Part shown: in pieces, positions 24,701 through 39,700 of the stretch
Layout of the letters: every line of letters begins with the position of its first letter
Numbering within the stretch: the first letter of the stretch is position 1
Assembly: GCA_002633005.1 (NCBI GenBank)
Contig: NMRA01000395.1
Location: 3,804 to 67,803 of the forward strand
Reading direction: 5' to 3'
DNA from: Phoronis australis
Taxonomy: Eukaryota > Animalia > Phoronida
Length of the DNA: 64,000 nucleotides
Notes under the pieces: generated by a model
The model's database searches: none
Told to the model about the DNA's origin: nothing
The model's input: the letters and a program-made list of their open reading frames with translations, nothing else
Position numbers and translations under genes: made by a program

Positions 24701-27700
24701 CATAGCAAAAGGACAACAGTATTGCCTTGACTAAGTTTCTGAAAGAACAACTGTAACGACGTGGCATGAGAAAATACAAGTGTACATGTATGCTTTATTT
24801 GGGAATTGTTTTAAACTGTAATTAGACAAAATGTACCCGAAACCGTTAAATGTGCATAAACCCTACACCTGCCACCGCAGGACAACGTTTACTGTTCTGC
24901 AAGACGCAGGATTATTCCCTTATTGTGCTAAAAATAATCAAGACTAAAAGGATAATGCGCGTTGTCTCGAAAATATGAATGAAATTTTAACACCGAAAAT
25001 TGTCAAATTTTAAGAGAATAAAGACACGTGGTGGTGAAACAACCGTGTGGCGTTTTATGAAAAGACGAAAACAGAAAGTCAAGAAAAGCGCTTTCCGTGA
25101 CAGTTCAATTCTAACGTGGATGCATCATGTATTTAATAAGTGAATATGAAAACACTGAGCACCCAATGACGTGTTGCATTTTTCTTTGAGTACCTTCAAT
25201 ATAAATTGATCAACAATATCACGCGTTTCGTCTTGTATCTCTCTCACTTCGTCCAGTGCAGATTGGATTGTCTGTTTCTCGACGTCCCATCCCGCCTCTT
25301 CTCGTTTGAATCGCGTTTTTGTTTCGGCTAACTCCATTTTCAGCCCCAGCAAGTTATTCAGCTTCAAATGAAGCTGGAAAATACACAATCAGTATTTAAC
25401 AATAAGGTCGAGTTTACTTTTGCATGAAGAAAAAGCACCGGAGGGCGCTCTCGGAAATGCCATGCTGGTGGAAATTCCAATAAAAGCGATTTCCACCAAA
25501 CACACTCCAAACTGCGGCATATTATCGCTAATGAAATTCTTAAAACATTTAAATGAAACAATTCATTGTTAATTAAGTATTCCATTGATGGCGGAATTGA
25601 TTTCAGTCAAACAAACGCTCACGGTTATAAACTTGGTCTTGCCCTTTTCTCACTCAGTTTAAAAGTGACCCCTTAGACTGCTTCCTAGCAGAGAATGGAC
25701 CACTCCGATCGATTCTAACTCATGAGTACATGTAATTTGCTCTTAGTATCTGACTGCAAATGTGAGGATATTTCCAGCTAGGCCTACTCCTTAGCTTACT
25801 GAAATGAGCTTACGTTACATTTAGGAAAGTGTTGCTATGCGACAACCTTCAGTATTTGCATGAAACTGACATCTAACTTTATACGCAGTTATATTCAGTT
25901 CCGGGCAAAGTCGACAGATATCAACCAACTGGTTCGTCAAATGCCTGAGCAAAAGCACTCACCTCTCGTATCGTTGCCTCGTGAGATAAAAGTTCTCGCC
26001 GGTGAATCTCTTCCTCTTTTGACAGCCGTTCTTGAAGAAGTGAATCGAACGTTTCGCCTGTGCCCATGCTCTCCATCTTCAGCTTCTGGTCGGAAGAAAT
26101 CGAGTGAGCTTCAGCAACAATACGCCTCAACTCGGACCTTTCTCTCTCCCAGTTGTTCTCAAGTTCAGCCTTCCTCTTGTCTTTAGCTTTAATCGGGAAT
26201 CTCGGCAATGGTTTTTGCTCTTCCAACTGTAAAGATAGACCCAACATATTGTCATTATCGAGTGCAATTAAGCACCATCAGTCATTCATAACTTAGTCTC
26301 ACAGATTCCTCCCAGTCATGACATTTATTCTATCTACATTGTTGGGAATTATCTTTCTAAATTTGTTGTTTAAAATATGCTCATTTCCTCCATACTTCCG
26401 GAAATGGTGAAACATGCAATCTTATTCAACAGAAATAGTCTCAAAATCTCCATTGCCATGAAGTCAATTGGTTTTTAACATCAAAATGAAGCGAGAGATT
26501 GCTTGCAATTGATGTGAAGCGACCCAGTCTTGAAAGGGTCGGCAAACTTGTAAAATAAGATGATCATTTAACACCTTAAAGGAGAATGCCACCCGATTTA
26601 ATTAGTCTTTTTTACCGTCTTAATCGGTCTATATCCACATCGCCTCTTATACAGTCGACCTTAACTTGCCGAGAGGTGTCGCGTTAACCTATGAGGAAGG
26701 TAAGAAACGATGCAGCGACGTCAGTGGTTGGTCTGAAGAGTGAATGCCGCTACGTTGCGGTGCATCGTTCCCGCTTGACCGAATTATGAAGCTGCGAAGA
26801 AAGAGGGTACATCGTTTTTTCCACTTAATCGAGAGCCCGAAATGCTTAGGAAGTGGCTCGCCGTAGTGAAGAATGAAAGGTACGCTGTTAATAGCTAGTA
26901 TGAGGCCGTGAAACATCTCTGTCCGTGTCTGTGGCCGGCTTTTCGTCGACAATGATTTCTCTGACGAATTCCGGCTTACCAAAGAACTATCCATACATTC
27001 CGTTGCCTGTGCATGTTCACGGCGCCTCTCTAGTATTTCTTGATCAGTTTATTCCGGTCCGATTTGATAGCCTGTGAAACCTTACGATCCGACCCGTGAA
27101 GTTTTCGACGGATTGAGCTCTTGACTAAGTCAGGATTGGCGCCGGGCGAGTTGCCATGTAGACGTTTACTCTGCGTTCTGTTTCAAAATGAATTATTCCC
27201 ACCCCTCTACAATGTTATATGAAATTGAAACAAAGTCTGTCTCATTAGATACAATTTGTAATGCTTTTACAGTATTCGTGAGTGCAAATGCTGAGAAGCC
27301 AGCAATGGCCACTGCGTTACTGGCTTTTGATGCCGGCAATAAAGGTAATTGACCGGGCACCGAGGCCATGTGAGCGCATGCTAATTCAGTGTTTGCTGAC
27401 AGAAAGCTGCTGTGAAACAATTACTCGATTTTATATGCTATGGTCGCATGTTAGGGGAATCTTTATTTAGAAATACAAATACATTATTCAAATCATTGTT
27501 ACTGTACAACCTTTGCCCTGGCGGTCTGTGGAAGGAGAACCCCACTTCGCGGCCCCCGACAAGTAAGCAGATTTTCAGTTTCGTGGCTAATTCACATATT
27601 ATTACGTGCATATTACTTCTTTGGCTCACTATTATAGTCTTTTCGTGATTGGAGGTTTAGTTTCCAACTCAAGCTGGTTTATGTTCGTGCCAGTCCCGGC

Positions 27701-30700
27701 GGCCGCGACGGGCCTGATCGTGTTCCGAGCCACTGACCGGGATAGCGAGTCAGTCCCGCCGCGACGGGCCTGATCGTGTTCCGAACCACTGGCCGGGATA
27801 AGCATTATGTGTGTTCAGAACTCAAAAAAATCACAAGTCTAAACAACACAGATCTATGTTCTCTTGTCTGTATTGCACGGAAGAATACTTCGAATTTATC
27901 TCTGAACAGACCTCAAGCTCCTGCTACGGGCCTTGTTAAATTGGCCTGCCGAACTTTGTAGGCTACGGTGTGTCCAAATAACAATAAATCTGTAACTGTG
28001 AAATAAAACAACACGTTTTTATAAGAACTCGGTGTGTTTTTAAGGGTTTTACATCGAAGTTTGATGGTTTATTGGTGTTAAACTAGGAATTCAAGCGATA
28101 AGCTGACACCAGTTACCCGTGTTGTGAACTGCTGAATAGACTCCGCGTGAAACCAATGACGTCATTGGATAATTTCAACACCTCCGTCTGCCATCAGATA
28201 TCGGGTAACGCAATCGAACGTGCCTATATCGAGTAGAACTACTCGATCTAAATTGATACAAAATAGGTTGTTTTTAGGTGGCATTCTCCTTTAATACTAA
28301 ACAGACCATACTCTGCATGGTATGTTTGTCTGTTATGACACTTTTGTCATATGTTTGATGTCTTGGAGTAGAGTCGTTTCTTCCTTACTCACCTATATGC
28401 ACAAAAAAATTATCATAAACCGTCATGGTTATTGCTTAAGTACATATCGGTGTGCCAGAAAACAGATTAAATAACAACAACGAACATGCCCTCACCTTGT
28501 TAATAGTCGTTTGAAGTTCGGCGACTCTGACATCCCAGTCTAGTCGCTCTGAGGAATGCTTTAGTTCAAGTTCCTCCCTCGTGTTTTCTGACTGGCGCAG
28601 CTTGATTTTAAGATTCTCCACCATTTTCTGAAGGGTGATTACCTGCGTGCGTTTGTCTTTGGCCTGTATCGGTGTATAACGCAGTCAGTATTACTAAGTA
28701 CGGTACTTGTACAAAACGCCCTCTAAAATCTAGTAGCTAGCTATGTAAACTATGATATTTGCACATAGCTGTGCACACGACTTGATGCCTTTGGATTTTT
28801 TTCATATTGAGCTTCCGACTTCAGGTCACTTGACGTTATCATGATATTGGTCTTGTCCTGTTCGTTGCTGGCATTAGAAGTGCCGTCTCTGGGCTCGGAA
28901 AAATCTGACAGTTCGTAAAATTTCACGAGATTGTTTACGACAAAAGTACGAAGTACCAGTCCTTTGAAAGCCCAAAAATCACACTTAGTTTGACTAAGTA
29001 ACAATTTGAGACCAGATTCCTAATGGTAAGTGGCCTAAACACAACTTGTTTTATGACAGAAAGCACTGGTTTAATGCCGCTCTACCCATGTGCGCACCCA
29101 GGGAGGCTCAAAGAAGCCCCCGCATTTGGCGGAGAGGCAGAAACGTCCTCCTTCAGTTGGAGAAACATAAAGTCCGACACAAAAGTCCGCTAAAAAGACA
29201 GGAACTACCAAAATTAGGCGAATGTACAATTCATAGCTGTGAACGTACCCCCATTTTTTTAGTACAACGTCCACATTCTCAAAAATTCGAGCCGCCATTT
29301 TTAGGCTGGGTGCGCGCATGCTACATACACCTGAATACTATCGTTCGCCACTGACAAGGACTTTGGTTTTGGCTCATTCGACATTGTGACTTGTTCTTAA
29401 TTTAAAGTCTCTCTTCCATCAAGGCTCTCTATTACTCAGTCTACATTTCTCTGATGGCCAGGATCAGAGAAATTAAACGAAATTGCCGGGCAAACATTAA
29501 GAACACGGCATAACATCGATAGTGCCAATATCAATGACACTGACAGAGAGTGTACTTCAGGAATGTAAATGAAAAGGAACTGTTTTCATCAAAACGAGTC
29601 GCTATCTTGAAAAAGAATCAAGGCGTGTATTTCCATGTATACGTCCCTGTTGTAAAGCCAGGTCAATCGGGGATAGAAAAGTCATTCAGAGACCAAAACC
29701 TTTGGAGTAATGGTGGAAATGTATCCCGGTAATTGATCTACCTTTATCTGATATCATGTCTATTCAGAAGTCGTCTAACAGTGGCAGCAGTCGTCAGAAC
29801 CAGAATACACGTATAACAACTACACTTGCTTTCTTTAAGCGGATGCGCTTTGCTGCAAAGTTTACTAAGCCACAACCTTGGGAACAATCAAATTTGAAGT
29901 AACAAGTTTTATAATGCAATGACAAACCTCGTAAATCTGTTTGCTGAGTAGCTCCTTTTCAAATGTCCAGTTGTCCTGTTCGTGGTCGAATTGAGCTCGA
30001 AGTTTCGCAAGATCCTGCTTTGTATCTTCGTGCAGTTCCAATTCCAAGAGGTATTGCTTTCTCAGGTCAGATTTCTCTTGACGAAGCTTGCGCATTTGAG
30101 AGGACTGTATTGTGCGAATCTCGTCGTCACTGCGTTGAAGAGCGGAGGACCGGGCTTTCTGAAGTTCGACACTTTGCTCTTGTATCTGTTCGTGAGCAAT
30201 GGTACACAATTAGGCCTATCAGTACACTAGAATTTGCAGTTTTATCACTTTTCTCTGGAAGTATTTAGCCAAACGGATTTTAAAAAATCCATCTCATTTC
30301 GACGATGTGAATAAAAAGTGGAGTGTACGTTTCAACATGTTTCAAGGATCAATTCTCGGCGGTGAAAATGATCCGCCACAAATCACCAATATGTGTCCAG
30401 TTAGTACCGCGAGGTGGTTCTGGTGAATAATACGGATGTTAAGCGATATGACATAGCTGGCACTATCATGCTGAAATATGTACGCGAAAACAGAAATGGA
30501 AATACAGTCATATCATGTCAATAATTTCGCAGGTCTTGGGGTTCAAATTCGCGTAACAACAGAGGCATGCTAATGCAAAGGAAAAAATGCGTGCTTGGGC
30601 TAACAGGTGTGCGCCAAACACCTTTGAACCCAGAGTATGCTCCCTGAGACAATGAGAACGATCAAAATTGACCGAGTCCATTGTCCGGTGATATTTCAAT

Positions 30701-33700
30701 GAAGGTGTTTGTAATATACAGCGCAATGTAAAAATTCACCTAATTATTAATTTTCACATTTGAAATTCACTCGACAGAGTTCAAAACGTCAAACGACATC
30801 ATACTAAACACGAGGCTGTGTTATTTGGGCTATTGGTTATGAGACTGCTGTCAAATTGTTCCCCAGCAAGAGTTCTGGGCTTGGGAGAAACAGGCAGCTC
30901 CTTATTGCTTGAGGTCATGATATAATGTACCGGTAGTTTGAGAACCAATTTGATGCCCGGGCGATCGTGAGTCCCGTTGAATGCATGTAACTAGATAGTG
31001 CTCGGTTACCCTGACTAATACTCACAGTTTGGAGCCAGTTTGAAAACTAATTTGTAAGACTTGCTACGTTGTTAAACCCTAGGGATCGTTAGGTTTGGAG
31101 ATATACTGTAGACTTCCAACGAAATGACGCGGCACAGTGCGCAGTATGTTTTTCCGAAGGCGTTGATTTATCACGTGTGTGAGTTACTACAGTACCTAGG
31201 CAGTAACAGTGACAAAACCACCTTGGACGTTATCACTTTGCCTATAAACAATAAGAACCTTTAAAGCCAACTGTTGAAGTTAAATAACGATTTCGAAAGG
31301 AATAACAAGAAGAAAGGTATAAGAGGCCGTTGGAATAATGAACTGAACAACACTGTACGCACCTTCTTTTGAAGACTATTCAAATTATTCTTTAACTCTG
31401 CATCGCTGTCGTGCATTTCCTGAATAATCTCAACTTTTTCAGCTAGTATAGACTGTAATTCTTCTTTCTCAAAGGCATTGCACTCCTCCATATCGTCTAT
31501 GTCTCTCCTCAGCTTCTCGACTTCACTTTCTAGCTTAATCTTGAACTGTGTCAGTTCCCGATTTTCTGACTGAAGTTTCTCAAATCTTCCGGTCTCTTTC
31601 ACTCTCTCTGGAACCTCAACAGAAACCATTTCTTGGCGTAAACTTGCCAAATCCATTTTCAATCCCTGTTCTACTTTGGCCCATTTTGCTCGCTCATTGA
31701 CTAAAACTTCCTTCTGTTTTTTAATCTCCATTTGCAATGTTGAGCTATTCTTTTTGCTTTCCAAGAGTTCTCTCTTCAGGTTGGAAATATCGTCTTCAAA
31801 GGACTGCACGTCCTTTGTTCTCTTCTGCCTTATCACGTCACACTGGGATTCCAGTTCTTTCACTTGGTCTTTCAGAGAGCTGATAAGCTTCTCACGTTTA
31901 CTGATTTCAAAGTCACTTTGTTTCACCATTTGTTCTAGTGATCCTACCTGAGACACGTAAGAGATTATTTTCCCTTCGAATGTTTGGAGTTTCTTTGCCA
32001 AAATTTTCATTTCGCCAGTCTTTTGCTCGATTGTCCCATCCCTCAACTTACAGTCTTCGCGCAGAAGGCGACACGTCTCATCCTTTTCATAAATTTCAAT
32101 ATTTTTGTCTTGCACTATAGCTTCCAATTTTTTCACCTCCTTGTCCAGCGATTCCAAAAGTTTGGCGTTGTGCGCAAGGGCATTCTTTTCACACTTCAAT
32201 TGACCCTCCTTCTCCCGAATAGTTAACCTAAGCTCATTTATGTCCACATTCGCCTGTTCCAGTTGCCTCTCTCGAGATTTAAGCATCCCCTCTTTCTCCA
32301 ATAAGCGTTGCTTGGCTTGTCTTGCACCATTCACGTTTTCATGCACTTCGTCCATTATTCTAGCTTTTTCTTTGTCCCAGGACGTTTGCAGGGAAGAAAA
32401 TTTCCTCACCACCTAAATATATGATTTACAATTCATTATCGTCAAACCATTCGTAAACAGATGAATAACCAGCGTACTTACATTGAAACGACGTTTCGCT
32501 GGGTTGTTTTTTGGGCATCTTCAGATGGTGCTGCTTTACTAGAAGACCCAGCAGAGGTACAGGCTGTGGTATATCCGTGGTGGACAATAACGAGTAGTTT
32601 TTTGTAATTTTGTTTTTTATCTTTGGACCACTGGATGGGTCAGCTACGTAATGATTTAGAGATGTAATAACAACGACATACACCCGATTTAAACCCCTCA
32701 GTGCTCTTAGAAAAAAAACCCGCAAGCATTCGAAAAGTGTGCATCATTGATCACCAAAAGTGTACAGCGAAGACGTGTTCCTTTTTTAAGGTTGCTGTAA
32801 CACTTAAAAAGAGAGGAGACATGACCATCCAAAACGTCCTGCCAATGTACAGGCTAGAAGAGGATGCAAAAATAAATTTTCTAAATCGTGTTTCCGCAAC
32901 ACAGCTATTTTACACTCATTTCCTATTACGGTGCTCTAAATTACGTGGTTAGGTAGGGAAAGCAATTTCTGCTATGGCTTTGACAGACTTGAAACATATT
33001 TGTTCGTTGAATACTGTTACTAAAGCAGAGAATGAGAAGAAAATGTTATTTTAAAAAAGCCTGGGACGCTATAAAGAAGCTAAATTTTGCAATTACACAG
33101 GAAGTGGTTCTCTGTCACGTCCTCACCATATATTTTTAGTGTTTGTTCGTAAAGGCTTTTATTTTCTGTTGATATCAAAGAATTTTTGTTTAGTTTCAAA
33201 TTTCAAAAAAAGAACTTGTCAACTGCTCGCCATTTCGTTGATTTTTCTTCAACAAGGAACATCACGCCTACTTATTTTATATGGCAAGACATAGACGTAG
33301 CAGATTTCTCTTATATGGACAATGTGTCCTTTGACCTCAAGCGGTTTCAAGCAACTGTCTGTGACCTTATGCGGACATTTATCGAGAGTGGAAGGGAGAT
33401 TAAAAATTCTGTGGTAACCACATTTGTTCTTCACACGTATTTCAAAAAACGTGAAATTTGTGATTTTTATGGAAATTTCTTCTGTACTAGACGTTGCGAG
33501 CTGGTATTTTTGTCGTGAAGTGTTTAAAAGATATATGTATTTTGACGAACTTTCGGGTTCCGTGAATGTTCGATCCATCTGTCTAATAATCATACAGTTA
33601 TTAACTAGAGCTGAGAAGTACATACTCGTTCCAATGTGGCCTGGAGTTTCTCCATTATGTTCTTGTGCTTGGAACAGGATTTGGTGAGCGCCTTTACATC

Positions 33701-36700
33701 CTCTCGCAGTTGTTCTCGGCGTCTACTTTCAGACTACAAAATTTGTATCAATGTTAAATACAATTTATAGAGCACAGACAACAGAAACTAGTGAGCAGTT
33801 TTATAGTCTGCATAAACATTCACTTCGTTTCCAGTTGTTGAGCCGTCAGTTGGTCAGTCATCATTAGATTTTTGCCTTTAAAATCTTTTTAAAATCATTG
33901 AAAAACATAAAAGTTCTTGCGGGCATACCACTTGCACAACATGACGCTAGTCTAAAGTAACACAATCGCGCGTTACTCTTTTAATCACAATTTTCATAAT
34001 TGTGTTTCACTGCTTCACTAACCCGACAAACCACCAATTGTCTAAAATACTTCCAAATCATTGACAGCTAGTTTAATATTACAGTTTGTTAACACTAAAC
34101 GAACACAACAGACAAATCCACACATAATTGTGACATAAAAAAACTTGAAATACAGACTGAGGTGAAATTTATGAGACCTTCAGTTTTCGTGACCATCAGG
34201 AAATTCACGAATTAGCGTTTCATAGATTTGAAACTCAGCAGTCAACATGTTTGAGCTTGACCAGTAAGGACGGCAGTTAAATTGGAGAGGCACTTTTGGC
34301 ACTTCATCAGACCGTGAGAAGATTCGGACTATGGAAGAGAACCATTCAATGGTGTGAGATTCGTTTTCAATTGCATTCATTGTGCATGGATTTATGAATA
34401 CGTGGGCACTCCTGTGTTCGGCAAAGTGAAAAACCAGCAAATCGTTAGTTTTATGTTACCTTCTGTTCTAAATGGTAGCCAGCTTCACTGAAGTGTGTTT
34501 CGTAAGCGTCCATAATTTTCCGCATGCGATCACTGATTGAACTGATATTGTCACTGGCGTCTCGCAGGTCATTGACGCACTCCTGTAACTGTAAAAAGAA
34601 AGCAGCAGGTGACTTTTGAATGCACGCGAGTGAACTGTTTTGCCTTCACCTATATAGATGTACATGTATGCTGAATTAATCTCACAGATTGGAAATTAGG
34701 ATTGACTTATCAGTTAATTCGAGGACCCCCTATCTCGTTGTTGCACAAGGTACACAGCATCTTCCAGGCATTCTTACTTACGCTGGTACATGTATATTAT
34801 AAAATACGACGCTGCTATATTTCTTCAGCTCCGGCTGTAAACAGTGTAAAATGGTGGTTTCGCTAAATCTCGCGACAGACGCACACTGATAAAATATTGC
34901 CACTAGAGGGTCTCGACCATCACATTGGGCGACCACTTCTCCATCTGCAATCTCTCCAATTGGAATTGCACCGCCATAACATTTGCCTTACAGCGCGTGC
35001 ATCTCTTCTATTCAAGAATATAGACACACAAGTGGCCAGTGCGTCAAAAACCACCATTGCGTTTAACGTCATTAACTTAAGAAGGAAAGACACGTCACCA
35101 ACAGTTTAACGAACGCGCACATGCACTTGAGTCTTGTGCTTAGGAGCGATGGCTGTATCTAGAACTTGTCAATTTTACCAAACGGGGGTTATGTGATATA
35201 TACTCGCCTTCTTACTGCCAAATACATTTTCTGCTATTTCTTAAAGAGGCATGGAACGCGAAAGTTCGTCAAAATAAGTTTTTAACAATTCCTGACGAAA
35301 GTACCGGGTCGCAACGTCTGGTATAGAGTACATGTAATTCACTTTCCCATCTTAAGAAATTTGCAGAAATAATCACAAATTTCACGATTTTTTGAAATAC
35401 GCGCGAAGGAAAAACTACCACAGAGTTTCTAATCTCCACCATTTGTTATAAATGCGCGCATGCGCTGAGTCAGTTGCTTGAAGTCGCTTGAGGTGAAAGG
35501 TCACATATTCCATATGAAGGAAATGTGCTACGTCTATGTCTTGGCATATCAAGAAAAGAGACATTCTTTGCTTTGTGGAAGAAAATTCGATGAAGTGGCG
35601 AGCAGGTGATACATCGGTTTTTTGAAATTTAAAACTAAAAGAAAATGCTTTGATAACAATAGAAAATACAAAATCTTTACAAGCAAACCCTAAAAATACT
35701 TGGTAAGCAGGTTGAATTCTATTTCAGTGGAGGACAACCACTTTCAGTATTACATTTTATTCAGTTGATCGCGTTCCAGGCCTCTTTAAAACCTGATAGG
35801 ACGAACTACAATTACTGGGCGTCTCAAATGTAATGGTGGTCTTATTTTGCACATGAAAATGGATTCACGGATTTTCATGGAAGCAGTTCTTAACGATTGG
35901 TATTTCTATAAGTATAAGTACTCACACAGGTGCCATTCCTGTTGACGTCGGAAGGTACACCAATAAAAAGTAGCAGTATCTCCCATCTTGGAAAGTAAGA
36001 GATTGAAACTATATAGCAGGTGTGTTATTTTAAATCGTTGTCCAATTCGAGCACCGTGAAAAAATTAGTGTTTCAGAAGCGTTCTAGGGTGATTTTGTCT
36101 AACAAAATGCCATCACGTCCACCATATCAAATATGATCAATGCAAAGAACAATAGGCTTCGAGCCATTCACAAAATATACATTGTGTATAAATGTCATAC
36201 CCATCGGACAAGCAACACGTTTGGGCGATTTTTTCCAGGCCCCAGGAGATCAGCTGTCGGATTCACCTCCCAACCCCAATGGACAGTGTTTCCCCATTTC
36301 CAAAGGGAGCTCGCATTGCTTTTCACACAAACGTGTCTAAGTAAGTCACCTGCCTGATTCGCAATGGCAATTGAAGTACATTCAACATAGAATGCATTTG
36401 TTTTAGCGACACCCTGTAAAACAGTTTCGTTCTCACATATTCAATTATTTTGCACAGAAGCAAGTCGTGGTGCATTTGCCTTCCGGGTATGAATGTCCGA
36501 TGTTACCTCATCATCCCATGAATCCATGTGTTCAAGTAGCATGCCACCTCTTGATCCAAGATTCTGCGGAGTCTTGCTTGCCGATGGATGAGGGCGTTCT
36601 ACCTCCAAAATGTTCTTGAGAGTTTGTAGATGTTTATTGAAGGTATCCTAGAATGCCGATAAGAATGTATATTCTCTTAGAAAGATCATTCAGAGTCTAA

Positions 36701-39700
36701 CTGTAGGTGACGTAAGTATCCATGTAAAGTATTCATCATCATGCCTTCGTCCATTAAATAATCATTAAGTCGAGATTTTGCCGATAAACTATATTAGATA
36801 TCGAATATAAATATGACATCGATTGACTGTTCCCAGCCGAATCAATCGACGAATTGTGAGGTAAGAGAAATTCAGTATTGGATCACCTGACACCTCGCTT
36901 GCTCACTGCAACTACAACTGTGTACTACATTTGCGCTGATGACTACGGACGCGCATTACATGTCAGTGAGCACGTTGCCTCGATGTGTGCGGCTAATCCA
37001 CTTCGAGCTTTCAGCCGAGTCATAGTTCGCTTAGCGCAGAGAGTATGTTCGTACCTATCCGTCTGCGGTGGCCGTAACGGTGACATTTGAGGTGTTATAA
37101 TAGGAGAGAAAGATAGATATATATGTATATGTCATTCATGTGATATTGGATAAGCGCATGTACATGCAAACAGTCCTTTATATAAAAATAAGCGTGAACA
37201 CCCACTCCCTTCAAAGTCTAAAGAAATGTGACTTTTTCGATACACCACTTAAATGAACAATGAAGCGGAATATTTTTAGTCGATTGTATTAGTTTCGTTT
37301 TCACACACCGGTTACTCACGTCCCAGTTTTTGACCGTTGCCTGGGCTCCGCTATTCCCGTTAGTGGAAGGTGGGAGAACGAGGTCCTGGCCAACAGCTTC
37401 TACGTCAGAGCGTTGGTCTTTATCTAAACTCACTCTTTCACTAACTGTTATGAGACAGTTAGAAAGTATTTCGTTTTTCTTTTTCAGGTTATCTATTTCG
37501 TCTTTATATCTGAGATCAGCCATCTCTGTAGTGCGCTTCAGGTCATCTAGGTCACTTTCGTACGCAGCAACCTGCTGCCCAAGCGAGGTATTTTCAGTGT
37601 CACGCGATTTAATGATGATCAACAGATCGTCTGCAACAAAAAGTTAGTAAACGTTTGATTTCTCGGCTAAACAAACGGTAAACACTCTTATACAAACAAT
37701 TAATCACTTCCATTTCAAGCACATCGAATGCCACGTTGTATAAAGGCTGGATAAGTTAAAACGACTAGAAACAATTGGTCTTAACTGAAACAAGTAAACA
37801 GATAGTGGCTAACCATTCCTCAACATAGACATGAATAAATTACTCACTCAACTCCTCTTCGAGGTTGGCGATCTTCCTTTTGTATTCACGCGACGATTTT
37901 ACATCCTCTTCAGGCTTGTCTTCGCTAGGAATTGCCGTCTTGAGGTAGTCATTGTCTATTCTTAACTGCTCGACCTCCACTTGAAGTGCTTCATTCCTCT
38001 CCTTTAGAACAACCACCTGCTCGTGAAGAAGCTCCAGTTGCTGTTTTATTGAAATCCCTGTACCCGGCTGGCCTTCGCTCTCTACCGATCTGCTGCGCAC
38101 AAGGGAGCCTCGTCTGCCCTCACTACCTTCCGATTTTTTCGTGCCGATGATGCGAGCAAGCTCTAGCTCTCTGTCCTTTTCAACCAGCTTCCACTTCAGC
38201 TCCTCAATTTCCTCCATCATCACCCGAATTGCAGCATCATAATGTTCAATATCGGCCGCTGAACGGTGTGTCCCTTCATCTTGTTGAGCGTCGCGCAGTT
38301 TCTCCTGAAGAAATTTTACTTCGTCGAATAAATTTTCATTTTCTGACGATAGTTCGTTGATTCTCTTTCTAAGAACATGGTTCTCTTGTTCAGCGAGCTC
38401 AGTCTGGAGCTTATAGTCGCCTGCGTTGTCACCCTCGTCCGCCTCATTACTACGCTCTTTCTCTTTTGATAATGTGCGTTTGTGCATATGTCCTTTACTG
38501 GGCGATTTGTCAGACATCTTTTTGAGTTGAGCAATAAGACTTTCGTTTTCACTCTCGAGGTCTGCAAGTTTCCGACGGATGATTTTCGCTTCTTCTTCTG
38601 AAAATTTCAGTTGTTCTTTCATATCTTGCTCACGTTCAATGCTGTCGTAAAGATCTCGCATCACTTGCGCCATATCATAGTCATGAGTTGACTGCTTGTG
38701 ACTTCCAGTTTTAGACTGAAATGGAAGTTTGTCCAAAGTTCGATTACATAGTTCCACCGCCAGCGCGATGCTGCTATAAAGTGGTGATATTATTGAACAG
38801 GAACAAATTAATTTAAAAACGTCAGAAATGACGGACATAAAGTTAAAAAACTCCATTTATAACTGACCAGTTAACGTGTTTAATCAAACGAATGACTGCT
38901 TCATTTAGTAATGTCCTAGGACCATGGCAGATGTAGTTCTCATTACACCCGAGCCCGTATTGGTGGCCTCAGTGGCGGTGATTTGTTTCTACCAGACAAC
39001 CACTTAATACAATATTTTAACGTTGATCGATTCCCATTAAAAGTCACTGAAAATTCAAAGGTGATTGGTCATGTACTACCAGGCCTATAGTTAAGGTCTC
39101 AAGTGGGATAGTTACCTGACTAGTGTACTGTCAGGGGGAGTTCATGAAACACAGTTCATGGACTTGAAATATGAGCAAGATTCACTGTATCAGCAGCTTG
39201 GATGTAACACTTTGCAAACCTTTGTGGCAGAAGTGCGAAACGACACCATGGGGGGGGGGCTTTTTTGGCTTTCCTTAGCGAAGGAGCTTAGGCCGGATTT
39301 TTTTAAGGTCAGCACTCTTTCGGGAATCCTCGGTAGTTCCACCCTTTTCGAGTTCGGGAGTAGTCGGAAACATCCTAGTTAAGTGAAGACATACTGATTA
39401 TTGTACAGTCTGAATAAGTACTCCGGTGACTGAGTTGCATTTGAGAAAAGTTTGTGGCGAAAGTTCCCCGTTTGCTGCCGACACCAGAAGACGGGCTCGG
39501 ACGTCTTGAGAACATGGCCGGTGTCACAGCAAAGCGAACAATGCTATACTTACAGAATCAAGTTCTAGCAAAGATGTGGAACTAGGTTGGTCCGTGTGAT
39601 CGCCGAGCTTGGACGGAGGAAATGTCACCATTGGACTGCCGCTTGCTGTCCTGGTGTCTTCAAGCTACAGAATTGTATAAGAATGGCTCTAACCATACAA

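Larger units (their letters stand above)
26580..28290. mobile_element. Kolobok-like non-autonomous DNA transposon (1.7 kb), intronic
   Basis: Perfect 14-bp TIR AGGAGAATGCCACC/GGTGGCATTCTCCT with TTAA on both sides (26576-26579, 28291-28294). Internal THAP remnant. Confidence 0.88.

Noticed and set aside
38716-38856. N-terminal extension of ORF 37840-38856 / NAGNAG acceptor near 38775
   Set aside because: Phase is incompatible with the upstream phase-0 exon (gives an early stop); the acceptor at 38716 fits.
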